The position numbers and the translations under genes were made by a program. DNA of 52,884 nt, counting the filler, from Circinaria calcarea (taxonomy: Eukaryota), in NCBI GenBank assembly GCA_051942165.1. It is 2 parts of 2 records of this genome, joined end to end, with 100 filler letters (N's around TTAATTAATTAA, not from the genome) between each part and the next. Parts side by side here need not be neighbours in the genome. Positions count along the whole stretch, not along the records: positions 26,545 to 52,884 come from JAVECS010000079.1; 1 more part is not named here. One strand, given 5' to 3'. This document shows, in pieces, positions 47,801 through 52,884 of the stretch (position 1 is its first letter; each line of letters begins with the position of its first letter). The notes beneath the pieces are model-generated. The model ran no database searches. It saw nothing but the letters and a program-made list of their open reading frames with translations, and was not told where the DNA came from.

Positions 47801-50089
47801 GAGGTCAACATCAAAGCAGTCGGACTCAACTTCCGTGATCTTATGATCGCCATGGGTGAGCATATGGCCTACAGTATTGGCTGTGAAGCATCTGGTGAGT
47901 GAGAACGTTTTCGTCGGCGTAATCCGTATCGCTGACTGTCACACAGGTGTGGTTACTCGAATTGGGTCTGCTGTCAAAGATCGGAAGATCGGTGATAGAG
48001 TAGTCTACTTGACCGGTCACGAAAGCATCGGGACCTTCCAAACGTTTGGTCGGGTTGATCAGAACGTTGTCGTCCCAATCCCAAACAGCCTAGACTACGA
48101 AACTGCTGCCGGCCTACCATGTGTTTATGCCACTGTGATTTACGGTCTAGTGGATGCTGGGAGACTCGAGCGCGGTGAAAAGATACTGATCCACGCTGCC
48201 GCGGGTGGTGTGGGTCAGGCGGCCATTCAATTCGCGAAGTATGTTGGGGCAGAAGTATTCGCCACTGTGTCTAGTTCAGCAAAACGAGAGGTATGAAAAA
48301 CTACTCCACGTGATGGCGTATAGCTTATCTGTTGGAAATAGTTGTTGATGACCGAATATGACATCCCAAGTGATCATATCTTCTCCAGCAGGGATCTAAC
48401 ATTTGTTCAAGGCGTGATGAGAATGACTGGAGGAAAAGGAGTTGACGTCGTTCTCAACTCCTTATCAGGAGAGGTATTTTCAGGTTTCGTCCTTGGTTCT
48501 CCTCACACTGACGACGTTATAGGCACTCAGAAGTTCGTGGGATCTGCTCGCTCCCTTCGGTCGCTTTATCGAGATCGGCAAGAAAGATGCCCAAGCCAAT
48601 GGAAAAGTTTCACTCTCGCCATATCTCCGCAATGTTACCATGGCCAGTGTTGAGCTGCCGACCATGATGAGACATCGGCCTTTACTCATCCGACGATTAA
48701 CCGAGGATGCAGTGAGACTCTGGAAGGACGGTCATATCAAGGCAGCCAAACCTACAACCATCTTGACCTTTTCACAGGTAGAAGAAGCCCTCCGAATCCT
48801 GCAATCTGGGAAAGGGATGGGGAAAATCATACTGGTACCATCACCAGATGGTATTGTTCCCATTGCACCGGCACAGCCGCCAAAATATCAGTTCGAAGCC
48901 GAGGCATCCTATGTCTTATCCGGTGGCCTTGGCGGCATTGGAAGGAGTATTGCATTGTGGATGAGTGAGCGCGGAGCCCAGAAATTTATCTTCCTCTCCC
49001 GCTCCGGTAACATCACCGTAGAAGTAACCGATATGGTGAATACTCTGCAAACAAAAGGCTGTACTGTCCGCGTATTCCAATGCGATGTCAGCGATAAGGA
49101 GCGACTTCGAGCGGTCTTGGAAGAATGCAAGTCGACATTACCCCCTATCAAGGGTGTCATTCAAGGGGCTATGACATTGGATGTGAGTGATAATCCTTGC
49201 CAGGCCAAGATTGTGGATAATTCCGCTGACAATGCCATAGGATGTGATGTTTGAGAATATGACCTACCCTATGCTTCAGACAGCCGTCAGGCCCAAAGTG
49301 CAAGGCTCATGGAACCTTCATGAGCTCTTACCAAAGGGGCTTGACTTCTTCGTCATGTTATCATCAGCCACAGGTATATTGGGTAATCGAAGTCAAGCCA
49401 ACTACGCAGCCGGAAACACTTTCCAAGATATGCTCGCCGAGCATCGACGCTCTCTTGGGCTCGCAGGATCAACAATCGACCTTGGTACTGTCCTCGCGGT
49501 AGGGTATGTTGCCAAAAACCGTCACAGGACCCAGGTAGCCAGGCATCTAGGGACAGTCCTCGAGACACTAAGAGAAGACGAGATTCATGCTCTCATGGAG
49601 TATGTCATTGACCCTCGCCGTGGCTCACCGGCCCAGCTGGTGACCGGACTTACAAACGTTGCCATGTACCGTGCAAGGGGCGTGCCTCCCCCAACGTACA
49701 TGGGATACCCTCTCTTCACGAATCTCCGCAGCATCACAGCTTCCCGTTCCGGCCGTGCCGAGGGTGGCAACGAGTTTCTCGTGGAGGCTCTCCTCAATGC
49801 GGCCACGACCTTTGACGCCGCCACCGACATTATCCAGAAAGCCATTATCACGAAGCTGTCCGGCTTGCTGGCCGTTCCGGCCGACAATATCGATCCCCAA
49901 AAATCCATCAGTTCGAACGGTGTCGATAGTCTGGTTGCAATGGAGTTCCGGGCATTCCTGGCCAAAGAAGTGAAGGCGGACATTACGGTCCTCGATATCA
50001 TGGGGACGTTGAGTCTTTCGGCTCTGGCGGCAAAGGCGGCCGGCATCAGTCAGGCCGTAGACATTCACGAAGGCAAGAGGAGGAATTGA
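41820..50089 (+). CDS. Highly reducing iterative type I polyketide synthase, KS-AT-DH-cMT-ER-KR-ACP, about 2668 aa
   Basis: Introns 42938-42990, 47895-47946, 48291-48341, 48474-48522 and 49183-49240 give an 8007-nt [50 protein letters not shown]; c[53 protein letters not shown]. Confidence 0.97.
43334..43453 (+). repeat. 30-bp in-frame tandem repeat x4 in the PKS KS-AT linker ([10 protein letters not shown])
   Basis: GATTCCAAGATTCCAAAYGGACA...GTG at 43334, 43364, 43394 and 43424. Confidence 0.95.
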
Positions 50090-50423
50090 GAATAGTGTTA
50101 GGACAGTGCCTTACTATATAACAGAGAAAACGATTTAAAAAAAGGCGCGCGCGCCCCGTCGAGAGCAATATTTTCCCTTTTTTTGCAAAAGCTTGCACGG
50201 AGCTTCTCATTGTTAAGGAGATTCACGGCACGAGTAATAAACCTCCGTCCAGTATGACGGTTTGTACTTTTGTGTTTATTGCCTTTACTAAGAACTCAAC
50301 CCCGTACGCCAATGACCATCTGCGTTGCAACAATGTTCGTTCCATCCGTCCCCACTTCTTCCCCCTCATAATCCGGCTGTAATATAGGTAACGCTAGAAT
50401 ACAATGTCTAATAGTATACCGAA

Positions 50424-51711
50424 TCACTCCACTTCTACGTCCCTGACTTTTTCCGCCTCTCTTTCAATTTCCTTGCTGATTTCCCGATTCGTCCCTTTTC
50501 TCCCCAAAACTGCGTCCATCACCCTTCCCAACCTCCTAATCGCCTCCTCCCCGATCTGATAATGCACCACCAACCTCCCGCCTAATAACCTAATCCCCTC
50601 TTTCACCCCTATTTCGACAAATTCCTTGACGCTGACGCCAGCAGTCTCCAGATCCAACCAGCACATGTTTGTCTCCGTCCGCTTGGCCAACTTGCCCCCC
50701 TTTTCCGTCCACATCTTACCAATCTGCCTCGCTCGAATCTGACTCCCCTCTAACCTTCCCCCCAGGAACGTTTCCTCGACAGCAACCCGCGCTGCCGCCG
50801 TGACAACGCCAGCTTGACGGAGTCCTCCGCCTATGGATCTCCGGATATGCCGCGCCGTTTTGATGAAAGCGGGATTACCGATAATCACACTGCCGATAGG
50901 GGCTCCGAGGCCTTTGCTAAAGCAGAGTGAAACGCTGTCGAAGTGGGCGCAGTAAGCTTTTAGTCCTTGGACGAGATCACCCTCGTGTTCGCCCCTCGAG
51001 ACTTGCGCGGCGACGGCTTCCCAAAGGCGGGCGCCATCGAGGTGGATTTTGATGCCGTGGTGCCGCGCGAAGGCGGAGATGGCTTGGCAGTCTGCCAAGG
51101 GGAGAATCTCGCCGTCGAGGGTATTTTCAAGGGCGATGAGGCGCGTTGGCGCGTGGTGGACATCGTCGTCGAGGACGGCATGCCTCTCAATATCCCGCAA
51201 AGATAGACTGTGACCGTTGGCCGGAACGATACCTCTGACCAGGGCACCGCAGAGACTGGCTACGCCGCCGGCTTCCCATTCGAGGATATGGGCTCGGTGG
51301 TCGCAGAGGACCGAGTGCGGGGGTTGGGTGAGGTGGGTACGGATGGCGACTTGATTTCCCATGGTGCCGGAGAGGACAAGGAGAGCGGCGGGGAAGCCGG
51401 TGAGCTGTGCGATGTAGGATTCGAGGGCGTTTGTGGTGGGGTCTTCGGCAAAGACGTCGTCGAGGAGGGTGGTGTTCTGGATGGCGGAGAGCATGGAAGC
51501 GGTAGGAGTAGTGACGACATCACCTAATGGACTTTAGGCAGGAATAGACGAAAGGCAGCTGAGCGCATTTGGAGTGGAGGTGGATGATGGACGTACTCCG
51601 GAAATCAAAGGCGGCAGGGCCCGGACTTTGCCATGCGTTGGATGGGCGGTTGGAAGTAGGATGTATGCCATTGACACCGTCCGTTCCAGTGCCATGTTCA
51701 GAGTCATCCAT
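50424..51711 (-). CDS. GLY1: Low-specificity L-threonine aldolase (PLP-dependent)
   Basis: Probable ATG 51711; intron 51524-51596 restores AFDFRSDVVTTPT; SGTMGNQ, LENT, IHLDGARLW, PLP lysine in CFSKGLGAPIGS, GGGLRQAG. Confidence 0.92.
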
Positions 51712-52884
51712 GGTGTAGTCGGCCACTGCAGCTTTTGGCTAGGATCAAAATGAGCTACCTGATAACGGGGAGGAAGAAATTGTAAAGGTCGACTTCTTAG
51801 GGTTTGTTCGCTTTCGTTAGTACGACGTTTGTCAGTAATCTCGCACAGGATGGAATTAACAGTAATTTGAATGAGAAGTCTGGATGGAATTCGATCTTCT
51901 TAGGTTGCTGTCTAATCTATCGATCTATATGTGTTTGAATCTTCAATGTACCTTAGCTCTCAGCGCTGCAGGCGGGTACGTGCACGCCATGGATCTTTAT
52001 CAACCAGCCGGATATGGTAGAGGGCTCGGCTAATACCCGCAGCTAAGAAAAGACCATAGATTCGTTATGGAAAATGATGCATAAGAGACAGCAAAATATC
52101 TATACTAAAGCTACATGATACAAGTTGTTAGTCTACAGAAGGATTTCTTGCTGCATTTCTAAAGCCGATCGTTTAATAAATCTACTAATCCGATGGTTCT
52201 CTAAAGTATGTTTGGTAACAGCGGGCCTTACTTATGGTTTCAGACTGGGTTTTTCTTACGAGCCGTTATTACTCCGAATAGTGTCAGCGGCCGCAACAGA
52301 TTCAATACGATATCCAGATATCTTCAACTACTCCCAGTGCTGGCCGATGATAGAAACAGTCTCACAACCAGTGATCCCCAATCCCCAATCAATTTCAATC
52401 GGTAACCTGGGACTCCCCAGAGAAGTAGCTTGGCGTATACTGACCGGCAGTGATTCGTCTGGGGTCGATCTCATCAATTTGTTCAACATCAACCGATAGG
52501 GAGTGTCTTTTCTCCAGGGCAGATTGTTCTGCAAGAGACGGGGGAAAAGGGTATATCTTATATCATCTTGCAGCCTTAGCAGCCAGGCGGAGTCCGTTCT
52601 TATGACCAGGAACATTCCTCTCGCACTTAACCTATCCTACGGCCTTTCCCGAAAATACAAAATTTCGGCAGCTGGGCCATCAACTTGAAACGATTTGGCT
52701 GAAAAGTGAAACATACTCAAGCGTGAAATGGCACAGCACAGAGAGTGGTCATGCCAGTTATTATTGGGATTCTGTCGATTGGAAGAATCGAAGACTTATC
52801 CGCCTATGGAATTATCTAGGTACAGCCCATTCCCACAGCCTAGTCCCGAAGACTCCATCGTAACTTCGTACTGTCTTCTGCTAC

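Noticed and set aside
52125..52884. Short ORFs at the right edge
   Set aside because: No recognisable domain or consistent splice model, and truncated by the window end.

Overview
Filamentous-ascomycete genomic DNA (short GT-AG introns with CTAAC/CTGAC branch sites), split by an artificial 100-bp spacer (44 N + TTAATTAATTAA + 44 N, 26445-26544), so the two halves may not be physically adjacent. The left half (1-26444) is a decayed accessory region. It holds abutting fragments of LINE, gypsy, probable hAT and copia elements, a 5'-truncated Rpn6 pseudogene, two inverted dynamin-like GTPase relics and a spliced SNF2-type helicase pseudogene. It also holds one intact, apparently young 3420-bp Mutator (MULE) transposon with perfect 74-bp TIRs and a 9-bp TSD. 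The right half (26545-52884) carries a compact candidate biosynthetic gene cluster between housekeeping-type TPA1 and GLY1 genes: MFS exporter, OrdA-like P450, intronless GH13 alpha-glucosidase, FSH1/LovG-type serine hydrolase and a highly reducing PKS (KS-AT-DH-cMT-ER-KR-ACP, about 2668 aa). Two PIF/Harbinger-like relics sit upstream of the PKS. The best candidate for an undescribed system is this cluster, with a glucosidase head-to-head with the putative release hydrolase. All family assignments come from motif recognition by eye; no searches were run.
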